The notes below the pieces were generated by a model. That model ran no database searches. It worked only from the letters and a program-made list of their open reading frames with translations, and was not told the origin of the DNA. From Ascidiaceihabitans sp. (GTDB taxonomy: Bacteria > Pseudomonadota > Alphaproteobacteria > Rhodobacterales > Rhodobacteraceae), in NCBI GenBank assembly GCA_047624005.1, contig JBLHPE010000007.1:5663-69662 (forward strand): a stretch of DNA of 64,000 nucleotides. The letters run 5' to 3'. Position numbers and translations under genes: made by a program. Shown in pieces: positions 1 through 10,988 of the stretch (position 1 is the first letter of the stretch; each line of letters starts with the position of its first letter).

Positions 1-1367
1 ATGCGATCAGGGATCACTTCGCCCGCAGGCCCCATCATCCAGTCGCGGTGATTGGTATTGCGCCAGCGGCACGTCTCGAACACCCGCATTTTATACAGGT
101 CTTTGATCGGGTTATAACCGCCCGCCATATCGCCGTAGATTGTCGAGTACCCAACTGCGACCTCGGACTTATTGCCTGTCGTCAGCACCATCTCACCAAA
201 TTTGTTGCTCATCGCCATCAGCAACAGACCACGCAGGCGGGACTGGATGTTTTCTTCGGTAAGCCCCTCTTCAAGCCCCTCGAACAATGGGGCGAGCGTA
301 TTGGTAATGGCTTCGCGCCCCTGTGCAATCGGCACAAAGTCATAGTGACAGCCCAGCGCCTTGGCACACGCCTTTGCATCCTCAAGGCTGGCCTCGCTCG
401 TGTATTCAGACGGCAACATCACGCAGCGCACATTTTCTGGGCCCAAGGCATCAGCAGCAATGGTCGCAACAATTGCAGAATCAATCCCACCAGACATGCC
501 AAGCAGAACCTTCTTGAAACCCGTCTTACCCATGTAGTCGCGCAAAGATTGAACCATCACACGGTAATCTTGCTCCCAAGCATCGGGTTGCGTCACTTTT
601 TCACCGTCTTTAACGCGCCAGCCATCAGCGCCACGTTCAAGATCAACATGCGTGATCGAAGTATCAAACGCTGGCATTTGTAACGCCAACGCGCCGCCTG
701 GATTTAATGCAAAGGATGCCCCATCAAACACTTGATCATCCTGACCACCCGCCATGTTCAAATAGATCAGTGGCAAACCGGTTTCGACAACGCGCGACAC
801 CATGTGGTTCAGTCGGGTCTCGAACTTATCGCGATAATAAGGCGACCCGTTCGGGATCAACAGGAACTCTGCCCCTGTTTCGGCCAAGGTTTCGGCCACA
901 TCTTCATGCCATGCGTCTTCGCAAATCGGGCTGCCGACGCGCGTATTGCCAACGCTGTATGGTCCACCCAAAGGCCCCGCATCAAAGATACGCACCTCGT
1001 CAAATACCGTCTCGTTGGGCAAATGATGCTTCAACGATTTAGACGCAATCTTGCCGCCCTTACAAATCAGATAGGCATTATACAGGTTACCATCTTCAGC
1101 CCACGGTCCACCAATGGCCAAAGCCGGGCCATCGGCACACTCTATAGCCAAGGCTTCAACCGCAGCCATCGCGGCCTTATGAAACACAGGTTTCACAACC
1201 AGATCCTGCGCATTGTAGCCAGTAATAAACATTTCCGGCAAAGCGACCATATCAGCACCAGCATTACGCCCTTCCTCCCATGCGGCCCGCGCAAGGGCAG
1301 CATTGCCAGTAAGATCGCCAACGGTCGGGTTTAACTGGCACAAAGTAATGCGAAACGTATCAGCCAT
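1..1367 (-). CDS. nadE: Glutamine-dependent NAD+ synthetase (3' end runs off the window)
   Basis: Missing from the ORF track because it has no stop in the window. Manual translation from ATG 1367 gives MADTFRITLCQLNPTVGDLTGNAALARAAWEKG..., a nitrilase-type N-terminus typical of NadE. Confidence 0.9.
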   Translation of the reverse strand, partial: MADTFRITLCQLNPTVGDLTGNAALARAAWEEGRNAGADMVALPEMFITGYNAQDLVVKPVFHKAAMAAVEALAIECADGPALAIGGPWAEDGNLYNAYLICKGGKIASKSLKHHLPNETVFDEVRIFDAGPLGGPYSVGNTRVGSPICEDAWHEDVAETLAETGAEFLLIPNGSPYYRDKFETRLNHMVSRVVETGLPLIYLNMAGGQDDQVFDGASFALNPGGALALQMPAFDTSITHVDLERGADGWRVKDGEKVTQPDAWEQDYRVMVQSLRDYMGKTGFKKVLLGMSGGIDSAIVATIAADALGPENVRCVMLPSEYTSEASLEDAKACAKALGCHYDFVPIAQGREAITNTLAPLFEGLEEGLTEENIQSRLRGLLLMAMSNKFGEMVLTTGNKSEVAVGYSTIYGDMAGGYNPIKDLYKMRVFETCRWRNTNHRDWMMGPAGEVIPDR

Positions 1368-1557
1368 AGGAGGTGCTCCGGTCATATTTCAGTTGCACCT
1401 ATATGCGTTCAATGTCGTCCAGAAAAGCCCCGACAACACGATTGCACGCCGCCAACATCTCTTGTTCGCAAAACCCATTGCGAGGTGGACCGCCTTCTTC
1501 TAGGCTGTCGTTGCTTGTGCACGTGCGTACAGGCCAAGAATTTATGACAGGTCCACC

Positions 1558-2946
1558 ATGAAACGTCTTCTTCTCGCTCTCAGTCTTGCCGCGGCACCAA
1601 TCGGTGCTTTCGCGCAGGATGGTCAAGTTCAGACCAAACAATATGACGACGGCGGCATCTACGAGGGCAGCTTTCGCGGTGGCTTGCAACATGGGGAAGG
1701 CACCTACCGCCTCCCAAATGGTTATGAATACACAGGCGCATGGGAAGACGGTGAGATCAAAGGCGAAGGGGTCGCAAGATTCCCAAATGGATCGGTCTAT
1801 CAAGGCAACTTTTCAAAAGGGAAACCTGACGGTTTTGGCAAGATCACCTTTGCCGATGGTGGAACCTATGAAGGCGACTGGATCGCAGGCGCAATTCTTG
1901 GGCAGGGCGTTGCACTTTATGCAAATGGGGTCCGCTACGAGGGCCAATTCAGAAACGCCAAGCACCACGGCAAAGGCGTCATGCAAAGTCCGGGTGGATA
2001 TGAATACAAAGGCGATTGGATCGACGGCGTCAAAAATGGAGTTGGCACGATTACCTACCCAGATAGCGCCGTCTATGACGGCGATATTGCAAACGGTAAA
2101 CGCGAAGGGTCTGGTAAGTTAACCATGCCTGACGGCCTGATCTATGTGGGACTGTGGAAAGACGGCCAAATTGACGGCACCGGCACACTGACCCAACCCA
2201 ACGGCGATATTTACGAGGGACAGTTGGTATCGGGACGGCGCCAAGGCACCGGCAACGTAACATATGCCAACGGGGACATTTACGAGGGCGAATTCGCCGA
2301 CGATCGCCGTCACGGCACGGGCACCTTCACCGGAAACGACGGCTATACTTATGTCGGCGCGTGGGTCGCAGGCCAAATCGAAGGCCAAGGTCGCGTGACG
2401 TATCCCGACGGTTCTGTCTATGAAGGCAGCTTTCGAGACGATCTTGCGGATGGGACTGGGAAAATCACTTATAAAGACGGGTCAGTCTACGAAGGTGATT
2501 GGATTGCAGGCGTGATCGAGGGCAACGGCAAAGCCACGTACGTCAATGGTGTCATTTATGAAGGTGGCTTTAAAAACGCGCGCAACCACGGCCAGGGAAT
2601 AATGACCTATGCTGATGGGTACCGCTATAACGGCGCTTGGGAAAACGGGCAGCGCAGTGGAGCAGGCACTGCAACCTACCCCGATGGCACCGTCTATGTG
2701 GGCAATTTTACACAAGGACAGCGTGACGGCACCGGGCAAATCACAATGGCCAACGGATTTGTATATGACGGACAATGGCAAGCCGGTGAAATCAATGGAA
2801 CCGGCACCGCCACTTATGACAACGGCGATGTTTACGTGGGCACATTCCTAAAAGGCAAACGCCAAGGCAATGGGACGATGCGCTATGCAACCGGCGAAGA
2901 AGCCAATGGAACTTGGGAAAACGGGGCGCTCAAAGAAGGCGGATAA
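1558..2946 (+). CDS. Exported MORN-repeat protein
   Basis: Signal peptide (MKRLLLALSLAAAPIGAFA), then about 18 tandem 23-aa YxGxW/F-xxGxxxGxGxxxYxxG repeats. Confidence 0.92.
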   Translation: MKRLLLALSLAAAPIGAFAQDGQVQTKQYDDGGIYEGSFRGGLQHGEGTYRLPNGYEYTGAWEDGEIKGEGVARFPNGSVYQGNFSKGKPDGFGKITFADGGTYEGDWIAGAILGQGVALYANGVRYEGQFRNAKHHGKGVMQSPGGYEYKGDWIDGVKNGVGTITYPDSAVYDGDIANGKREGSGKLTMPDGLIYVGLWKDGQIDGTGTLTQPNGDIYEGQLVSGRRQGTGNVTYANGDIYEGEFADDRRHGTGTFTGNDGYTYVGAWVAGQIEGQGRVTYPDGSVYEGSFRDDLADGTGKITYKDGSVYEGDWIAGVIEGNGKATYVNGVIYEGGFKNARNHGQGIMTYADGYRYNGAWENGQRSGAGTATYPDGTVYVGNFTQGQRDGTGQITMANGFVYDGQWQAGEINGTGTATYDNGDVYVGTFLKGKRQGNGTMRYATGEEANGTWENGALKEGG

Positions 2947-3050
2947 ATTCGGGATACTCCACTCGGAAGTGAAATAACCAGCCGTTAAGACAGTGGCCTA
3001 TTACCAAGTGTTCGTGTGGATAGATGGCAGAAATTTGAACGCAAACAGCG

Positions 3051-3716
3051 TTACCAAGGCAAGCGTGTTCCCGCATAATCGTAAAAACCACCGGTTTGAT
3101 CAGGCGTTAAATCATCCATAACACGCGCTAAATTTGTACCTGCTTGATCGGCAGGAACGCTGTCATGGCGGGCCACATACTTGGAAGTGAATGGCGTTTG
3201 AACCGTTCCTGGATGCAACGCCACTACGCTTGATTTGGGATGACTGCGCGACAGCTCAATCGCCGAGGTATGAACGATTTGGTTGAGGGCCGCCTTAGCA
3301 GCACGATAACTGATCCACCCACCCAATCGATTGTCACCTATTGAACCAACCTTAGCAGACAAAACCGCAAAAACACTGGCGCGGTCCCTTGGCAACAGAC
3401 GGCTGGCATGTGCTAGAATCAAAGCTGGCCCAATCGCATTCACCGCGAACTGATCAGCCATTGCCTGTGCATTGACCGCTTTGATCGTCTTCTCCGGGTT
3501 TGCTCCATTCACACACAGTGCACCCGTCGCAACAATAACCCGATCAAAAGTACGGTCCAACTTGCCCAAATGCTCAGACACACTTTGCCCATCAACAATG
3601 TTCAAGCCATCTGCAGTGCGGGACAAGCCTACAACATAATAGCCATTGTCTTTGTGATGACGATACAGTGCAGCACCGATGCCGCCTGACGCCCCAATTA
3701 TCAATACATTTACCAT
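3051..3716 (-). CDS. SDR oxidoreductase, CsgA/C-factor-like
   Basis: GASGGIG Rossmann motif, SAKVGSIGDNRLGGW, YRAAK catalytic motif, LHPGTV. Confidence 0.88.
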   Translation of the reverse strand: MVNVLIIGASGGIGAALYRHHKDNGYYVVGLSRTADGLNIVDGQSVSEHLGKLDRTFDRVIVATGALCVNGANPEKTIKAVNAQAMADQFAVNAIGPALILAHASRLLPRDRASVFAVLSAKVGSIGDNRLGGWISYRAAKAALNQIVHTSAIELSRSHPKSSVVALHPGTVQTPFTSKYVARHDSVPADQAGTNLARVMDDLTPDQTGGFYDYAGTRLPW

Positions 3717-3860
3717 ACACAGATTGTAGCGCGTGCCAGCGGTCCTTCAACCGACTTCCCCCCTAATGACCCTACTTTTCACGGCAATCAGATAGGACAC
3801 CACCAAGAAGACTTCAAAAACCACCTTTCCATTTAAAAAACGACAGGTATAACTGCGCAC

Positions 3861-3944
3861 ATGACACGTAATGCACATACCCTGATCGCGCGCCCTTTGG
3901 CTGCTGCGCTTTTGTGCGAGCTTCTCCTCCTTCCCAGCCTCTGA
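3861..3944 (+). CDS. Putative leuA leader peptide (27 aa)
   Basis: MTRNAHTLIARPLAAALLCELLLLPSL*, with four consecutive Leu codons (CTT CTC CTC CTT) 85 nt upstream of the leuA start. Confidence 0.8.
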   Translation: MTRNAHTLIARPLAAALLCELLLLPSL

Positions 3945-3973
3945 GCGTGTCCTACGGCACGTCCGCTCAGAGG
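3938..3973 (+). promoter_or_regulatory. Hairpin in the leuA leader overlapping the leader-peptide stop codon
   Basis: Perfect 10-bp inverted repeat CCTCTGAGCG (3938-3947) / CGCTCAGAGG (3964-3973). Confidence 0.7.
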
Positions 3974-4029
3974 ATACCCCGCAAGGGTTGGATGCGTGCC
4001 AAAATTCAGGACAGAAAAAGAGACATCAC

Positions 4030-5589
4030 ATGACATCTTCCCAAGACAAAGTCGTAATATTCGACACCACATTGCGCGACGGCGAACAATCTCCCGGCGC
4101 AACTATGACCCACGCAGAAAAGCTGGAAATCGCAGGGTTGCTGGACGAAATGGGCGTCGATATTATCGAAGCCGGATTTCCGATAGCATCTGAGGGCGAC
4201 TTCAACGCCGTTGCCGCGATTGCCAAAAACAGCGTAAACTCAGTAATCTGCGGACTAGCACGCGCCCAAATCGGTGACATTGACCGGTGTTGGGAAGCTG
4301 TAAAACACGCCAGGCAGCCACGCATTCACACCTTCATCGGTACATCACCTTTGCACCGCGCAATCCCAAATCTGACCAAAGACGAGATGGCAATTCGGAT
4401 CGAACAAACCGTCAGCCACGCCCGCAATCTTTGCGACAACGTGCAGTGGTCACCAATGGATGCCACACGTACAGAATTTGATTATCTTTGCCGCACCGTC
4501 GAAATCGCAATCAAAGCAGGCGCTACGACAATCAACATCCCCGATACGGTTGGCTACACAGCACCACGTGAAAGCGCCCAATTGATCCGTGACTTGCTGG
4601 AACATGTGCCCGGTGCTGACAATATCGTCTTCGCCACGCACTGTCACAACGACCTTGGTATGGCGACAGCCAACAGCTTGGCGGCGGTTGAAGCGGGTGC
4701 ACGCCAGATCGAATGCACCATCAACGGGCTTGGTGAACGCGCTGGTAACACGGCACTTGAAGAGGTCGTGATGGCCATGAAAGTGCGTAATGACATCATG
4801 CCTTATCAAACTGGAATCGACACGACCAAATTGATGAACATTTCACGGCGCGTGGCAACAGTCGCGGGCTTCCCAGTACAATTCAATAAAGCAATCGTCG
4901 GTAAAAACGCGTTCGCGCACGAATCTGGCATCCACCAAGACGGTATGCTGAAAAATGCTGAGACGTTTGAGATCATGCGCCCCGAAGACGTCGGTCTTGC
5001 AGGGACGTCTTTGCCACTTGGCAAACACTCGGGCCGTGCAGCGTTGCGTGCTAAATTGGAAGAATTGGGTTTTGAGTTGGGCGACAACCAACTTAAGGAC
5101 GTGTTTGTGCGTTTCAAAGAACTGGCTGATCGTAAAAAAGAGGTCTTTGACGATGATCTGGTCGCGTTGATGCGGACCTCGGATGATCCCGAAAATGATC
5201 GCCTGAAAATCCTATCTTTGCGTGTTCAATGCGGGACCGAGGGGCCACAGCAGGCAGACCTAAAGCTGGAAATCGATGGCGCGGAACACACTGCCACCGA
5301 AACTGGCGACGGACCTGTTGACGCGACATTCAACGCAATCAAAGCGTTGGTCGAACACGATGCGCGGCTGCAACTTTACCAAGTGCATGCGGTGACCGAA
5401 GGCACAGATGCACAGGCAACGGTGACTGTGCGCTTGGAAGAAGCCGGACGTATCGTAACAGGTGAATCGGCAGATACCGACACAGTCGTGGCATCAGCCA
5501 AAGCTTACGTTCACGCGCTGAACCGTTTGCTGGTACGACGCGAAAAGTCAGGCAAAGACACGCCTGAAATCAACTACAAAGACGCCTAG
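4030..5589 (+). CDS. leuA: 2-isopropylmalate synthase
   Basis: FDTTLRDGEQSPG, HCHNDLG, GLGERAGN, HESGIHQDG and the C-terminal regulatory domain. Start set at ATG 4030 (MTSSQDKV). Confidence 0.97.
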   Translation: MTSSQDKVVIFDTTLRDGEQSPGATMTHAEKLEIAGLLDEMGVDIIEAGFPIASEGDFNAVAAIAKNSVNSVICGLARAQIGDIDRCWEAVKHARQPRIHTFIGTSPLHRAIPNLTKDEMAIRIEQTVSHARNLCDNVQWSPMDATRTEFDYLCRTVEIAIKAGATTINIPDTVGYTAPRESAQLIRDLLEHVPGADNIVFATHCHNDLGMATANSLAAVEAGARQIECTINGLGERAGNTALEEVVMAMKVRNDIMPYQTGIDTTKLMNISRRVATVAGFPVQFNKAIVGKNAFAHESGIHQDGMLKNAETFEIMRPEDVGLAGTSLPLGKHSGRAALRAKLEELGFELGDNQLKDVFVRFKELADRKKEVFDDDLVALMRTSDDPENDRLKILSLRVQCGTEGPQQADLKLEIDGAEHTATETGDGPVDATFNAIKALVEHDARLQLYQVHAVTEGTDAQATVTVRLEEAGRIVTGESADTDTVVASAKAYVHALNRLLVRREKSGKDTPEINYKDA

Positions 5590-5595
5590 GACATT

Positions 5596-5669
5596 GGTGC
5601 GCCATCGGCGCACCTTACCTCATCCTTCTTTTGGCCAAAAATATCCCGGAGTCTGAGGCAGCGCCTCAG
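5596..5669. repeat. Cluster of short intergenic palindromes between convergent genes
   Basis: GGTGCGCC-atc-GGCGCACC, TTTTGGCCAAAA, CTGAGGC-agc-GCCTCAG. Confidence 0.6.
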
Positions 5670-5678
5670 TCCCAATTC

Positions 5679-6260
5679 CTAATAGGGATCCCGCGCCTCA
5701 CGATCTATTGACAAAGACCCTTGCGAACGCCCTACAATCAGTTCCACCGCATCTGCCAAATGCGCCTCACCAATAGCCATGTCACCTGCGGCAACACGCA
5801 ATTTATGGGCTTCCAGCAATACTTCGGCGTGTGACGAACCACGCGGCGGAATGAACTTGTAACAGGCCAGTTCAATCAACTGCCCAAGTGGGTCTTTGAA
5901 GTAAACAGAATCCATAAATCCACGATCCTTAACGCCAGAATGGCCAATCCCACGCGCATCCAACCGCTTTGGGACCTGCGAAAACATCGCGCGATCCACC
6001 TCAAATGCCAAATGATGGACGCAACCAGGTTCAGTCGGCGTGCGGGTGTGATCCCCTTTGCGCCCCTCATTGGTAAAAACCGTGATCAACCGCCCATCAC
6101 CTGGGTCAAAATACAAATGTCCTTCATCAGGATCATCCAGGTTCGGTTGATCAAAGATAAACGGCATCCCCAGAAGCCCCTCCCAGAAATCTATCGAAGT
6201 CTGGCGATCCGCCCCGGTTAAGGTAATATGATGTACGCCCAAAACTTGAATTTTACGCAT
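5679..6260 (-). CDS. VOC/glyoxalase family protein
   Basis: GVHHITL...VHHLAFEV...SVYFKDPLGQLIEL. Start set at MRKIQVLG. Confidence 0.88.
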   Translation of the reverse strand: MRKIQVLGVHHITLTGADRQTSIDFWEGLLGMPFIFDQPNLDDPDEGHLYFDPGDGRLITVFTNEGRKGDHTRTPTEPGCVHHLAFEVDRAMFSQVPKRLDARGIGHSGVKDRGFMDSVYFKDPLGQLIELACYKFIPPRGSSHAEVLLEAHKLRVAAGDMAIGEAHLADAVELIVGRSQGSLSIDREARDPY

Positions 6261-6265
6261 TTTGA

Positions 6266-7519
<1,254 letters not shown>

Positions 7520-7619
7520 GACAGGCGCTTTCAAAACCTCAGACGCTTGCCACAGCCTTCTAAATCTTGGACACTCCAAGCTGAAACAGAACGGTTGAAC
7601 AACGCAGGACAAATCAGCC

Positions 7620-8516
7620 TTGGCCAACAACCCATCAAACAGTCAAGATTATACTGGCCCGCTGCGCCGGTTGCTTCTGGTTGTCGTGTCGTTGGTTTTG
7701 ATCGCAATCTTTCTGGTTTGGCGGATCGACAGCCCACGGGTTGAACGGTTTCGCGCCCAAGTGACAGACCGCATCGTTCCTAATTTCGACTGGGCGATGG
7801 CGCCTGTCACGGGTACCATCAACCTATTCCGAGATTACCAAAGCTATCAACGCATAGCGGAACAGAACCAAGAACTGCGGCGCGAGTTGCGAAAAATGCA
7901 ATCTTGGAAAGAAGCGGCTCTCCAGCTTGAGCAAGAAAACGCACGGCTGCTGGACTTGAACAAAGTGCGACTTGATCCCCGTCTGACGTTCATTACAGGT
8001 GTAGTTTTGGCCGACAGCGGCTCCCCTTTTCGTCAATCTGTATTGCTGAATGTTGGGGCACGCGATGGTTTGGTTGACGGTTGGGCGACTATGGACGGGA
8101 TCGGATTGGTTGGACGGATCTCGGGTGTGGCGAAAAACACCAGCCGTGTGATCCTGTTGACGGACGCCTCCAGCCGCATCCCCGCCGTTATCCAACCTTC
8201 TGGCCAGCGCGCTATCATTGCAGGCGACAACTCTGCAGCGCCACCGCTTGATTTTATCGAAAGCCCCGATCTTGTGCGGCCCGGTGATCGGGTTGTCAGC
8301 TCTGGTGATGGCGGGGTTTTCCCAGCAGGTTTGGTCATCGGGCAAGTGGCCGCAGATCCAGGCGGACGCCTACGTGTACGGCTTGCCGCGGATTATGAAC
8401 GCCTTAAGTTTCTTCGCGTTTTGCGCAGCTATACGACAGAACCCGTCACTGATGCCGCACATGTGCTTGCACCAGATTTGGCCTCCAATGACACTGGGGT
8501 AACGACGGATGAATGA
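7620..8516 (+). CDS. mreC: Rod shape-determining protein MreC
   Basis: N-terminal TM helix, coiled coil, GLVGRI, VSSGDGGVFPAGL; follows mreB; TTG start. Confidence 0.95.
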   Translation: MANNPSNSQDYTGPLRRLLLVVVSLVLIAIFLVWRIDSPRVERFRAQVTDRIVPNFDWAMAPVTGTINLFRDYQSYQRIAEQNQELRRELRKMQSWKEAALQLEQENARLLDLNKVRLDPRLTFITGVVLADSGSPFRQSVLLNVGARDGLVDGWATMDGIGLVGRISGVAKNTSRVILLTDASSRIPAVIQPSGQRAIIAGDNSAAPPLDFIESPDLVRPGDRVVSSGDGGVFPAGLVIGQVAADPGGRLRVRLAADYERLKFLRVLRSYTTEPVTDAAHVLAPDLASNDTGVTTDE

Positions 8517-9048
8517 ATACCAGACATCACGCGTTTGGTTCATGCGCACCTGTTTTATCCTGCTCGCATTGGTCGCGCTGTTCATGCATCTTTTGCCTCT
8601 CAGCACGCTCCCAAGCGCGTGGGCAATGCCAGACCTATTGGTAGGATTTGCACTTGCTTGGTCCGTGCGCAGGCCAGACTATGTGCCCGTATTGCTACTC
8701 GCCATCATATTGCTCCTGTCCGACCTATTGTTACAAAGACCACCGGGCCTTTGGGCCCTTCTGATTCTGCTGTGCTGTGAAAATCTAAAACTACGTGCGT
8801 ACAGCTTGAGGGCCGCGAACTTTGCTGTTGAATGGGCAACAGTAGCGGCTTTGATCTTTGGTGCTATGCTGGGATACCGGGTGATACTGGCCGTATTGCT
8901 TGTCGAACGACCAAGCTTGGGTTTGCATCTTATCGAAACAACGATGACGATCCTTAGCTATCCTTTTATTGTCTTCATCACCCACGCCTTCATGGGGGTA
9001 CGCAAAACGATCCCCGGTGATCTTGATGCACCTCGAGGACGACTATGA
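8509..9048 (+). CDS. mreD: Rod shape-determining protein MreD
   Basis: Polytopic membrane protein (PDLL...W...RRPD) between mreC and PBP2. Confidence 0.9.
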   Translation: MNEYQTSRVWFMRTCFILLALVALFMHLLPLSTLPSAWAMPDLLVGFALAWSVRRPDYVPVLLLAIILLLSDLLLQRPPGLWALLILLCCENLKLRAYSLRAANFAVEWATVAALIFGAMLGYRVILAVLLVERPSLGLHLIETTMTILSYPFIVFITHAFMGVRKTIPGDLDAPRGRL

Positions 9049-10988
9049 AACGTAATCGCGCAGATCATGAGGCCAATCACCGCTTGCTGTCGCGCCGCGC
9101 CCTTGTTTTGGGTGGGATGCAATTTGCTTTGATCGGGGGACTTGCTGCTCGCATGCGCCATCTTCAGGTCAACGAAGCGGATCAGTTTCGCACTTTGGCA
9201 GAAGAAAACCGGATCAAGTTTAAACTGATCGCGCCCGCACGTGGCGAAGTTTTTGACCGCAACGGCGTTCAACTGGCCCAAAACATTCCGACCTATCAGA
9301 TTAAGATGGTGCGGGAGGACGCGCGTGATGTTGAAGCTGTCATTGCTGAACTTCGCAAAATCATCGACCTTGATGAAGAGACCCTTGCCCGCGCAATGGC
9401 CGAAATGAAACGCAGCGCACCGTTTTACCCTGTCACTGTCGCCGATGATGTGAACTGGGAAGACATCAGCCGCGTGTCCGTCAACGCGCCCGCCCTGCCC
9501 GGTGTCACACCCGAAGTGGGATTGTCACGGGTCTATCCGCTAGGTTCTGATTTCGCCCATATTCTAGGTTACGTTGGCCCCGTCAGTGACTACGACCTTG
9601 ACCGAATTGAGGATCCCGATCCGCTGTTGCGTATCCCGCGCTTTCAGATCGGCAAAGTCGGAGTTGAGGCCAAGGAAGAGGCACGCTTACGTGGCGCAGC
9701 AGGCAATAAACAAGTCGAAGTAAACGCAGCAGGGCGCGAAATGCGCGAATTGGGCCGTCGCGAAGGGCGACCAGGCGCTGACATCCAATTGACCATCGAT
9801 TCCAAGCTGCAAAACTACCTTCAGGCACGGCTTGGCAACGAAAGTGCCAGCGCCGTTGTCATAGATTGCGAAACCGGTGACTTGGTCGCAATTGGCTCTG
9901 CTCCAACCTATGATCCGAACTTATTTGTCTCGGGCATTTCTGTGGCAGATTATGCATCACTGACGGAAAACAAGTACCGCCCGCTTGCCTCCAAAGCGGT
10001 GCAAGGCACATACCCACCGGGTTCAACGTTCAAGATGATAACGGCAATGGCTGCGCTTGAAGACGGGTTGATTGGCCCAAATGACACGGTGCGCTGCAAT
10101 GGCTACCTTGAAGTGGCGGATCGTAAATTTCACTGCTGGAAGCGATCCGGTCACGGCAGTGTTGACCTGAAAGATTCCCTTAAACGCAGCTGCGACGTTT
10201 ATTATTACGATCTAGCCCTCAAGGTTGGGATCGAAAAGATTTCAGCGATGGCAAACATCTTTGGACTTGGCATCCGACACAACATCGAAATGTCCGCTGT
10301 TGCACGGGGCTTGACCCCGACCAAAGCCTGGAAAAAGCGGATTTATGACAAAGACTGGGTCATCGGCGACACGGTCAACGCCTCAATCGGACAAGGGGAC
10401 ATGTTGGCATCGCCGCTTCAACTGGCTGTTATGACTGCACGTCTGGCCACAGGACGCGAAGTGACGCCAAGATTGGTGAAATCGGTGGACGGCGTCGAAC
10501 AAGCCTCGGGTGCGGGCGCGCCTCTTAAAGTGGACCAAGATAACCTAAAAAAGATGCGCCAAGCCATGTTTGCTGTGGTCAATGACCGCGGGGGTACCGG
10601 ATTTGGCAGTCGCATCACAGCGGACGACATGCTGATGGCGGGCAAAACCGGCACCAGCCAAGTGCGCAACATTTCCGCCGCCGAACGGCGCAGTGGTGTT
10701 GTGCGCAACGAAGACTTGCCATGGGAACGACGCGACCATGCGCTGTTCGTAGATTTCGCACCCGCTGACAATCCCAAATACGCGGTCGCCGTGATCGTTG
10801 AACATGGCGGTGGCGGGTCAAAAGCTGCAGCGCCCATTGCGCGCGACATCACACTACAAGCCCTTTATGGCGGCAAACCCCCGCTTGCGGCCTATCCCTC
10901 AAAGGACCGTGGCCGTATCAATGGCCAACAAAAACGGCTCGAAAAAGTGCGCCCTACGGCCGCCATCGATGGCAAAGACCGCGCATGA
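9045..10988 (+). CDS. mrdA: Penicillin-binding protein 2
   Basis: STFK (SxxK), SCD and KTGT motifs; RGEVFDRNG. Confidence 0.97.
   Translation: MKRNRADHEANHRLLSRRALVLGGMQFALIGGLAARMRHLQVNEADQFRTLAEENRIKFKLIAPARGEVFDRNGVQLAQNIPTYQIKMVREDARDVEAVIAELRKIIDLDEETLARAMAEMKRSAPFYPVTVADDVNWEDISRVSVNAPALPGVTPEVGLSRVYPLGSDFAHILGYVGPVSDYDLDRIEDPDPLLRIPRFQIGKVGVEAKEEARLRGAAGNKQVEVNAAGREMRELGRREGRPGADIQLTIDSKLQNYLQARLGNESASAVVIDCETGDLVAIGSAPTYDPNLFVSGISVADYASLTENKYRPLASKAVQGTYPPGSTFKMITAMAALEDGLIGPNDTVRCNGYLEVADRKFHCWKRSGHGSVDLKDSLKRSCDVYYYDLALKVGIEKISAMANIFGLGIRHNIEMSAVARGLTPTKAWKKRIYDKDWVIGDTVNASIGQGDMLASPLQLAVMTARLATGREVTPRLVKSVDGVEQASGAGAPLKVDQDNLKKMRQAMFAVVNDRGGTGFGSRITADDMLMAGKTGTSQVRNISAAERRSGVVRNEDLPWERRDHALFVDFAPADNPKYAVAVIVEHGGGGSKAAAPIARDITLQALYGGKPPLAAYPSKDRGRINGQQKRLEKVRPTAAIDGKDRA

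Noticed and set aside
48-1334. Two long plus-strand ORFs (211 and 200 aa)
   Set aside because: They are antisense shadows of the minus-strand nadE and carry no recognisable motifs.
1558-2946. Periodic 69-bp DNA pattern considered as a CRISPR or tandem array
   Set aside because: It is explained by 23-aa MORN coding repeats; there are no identical repeats with unique spacers and no cas genes.
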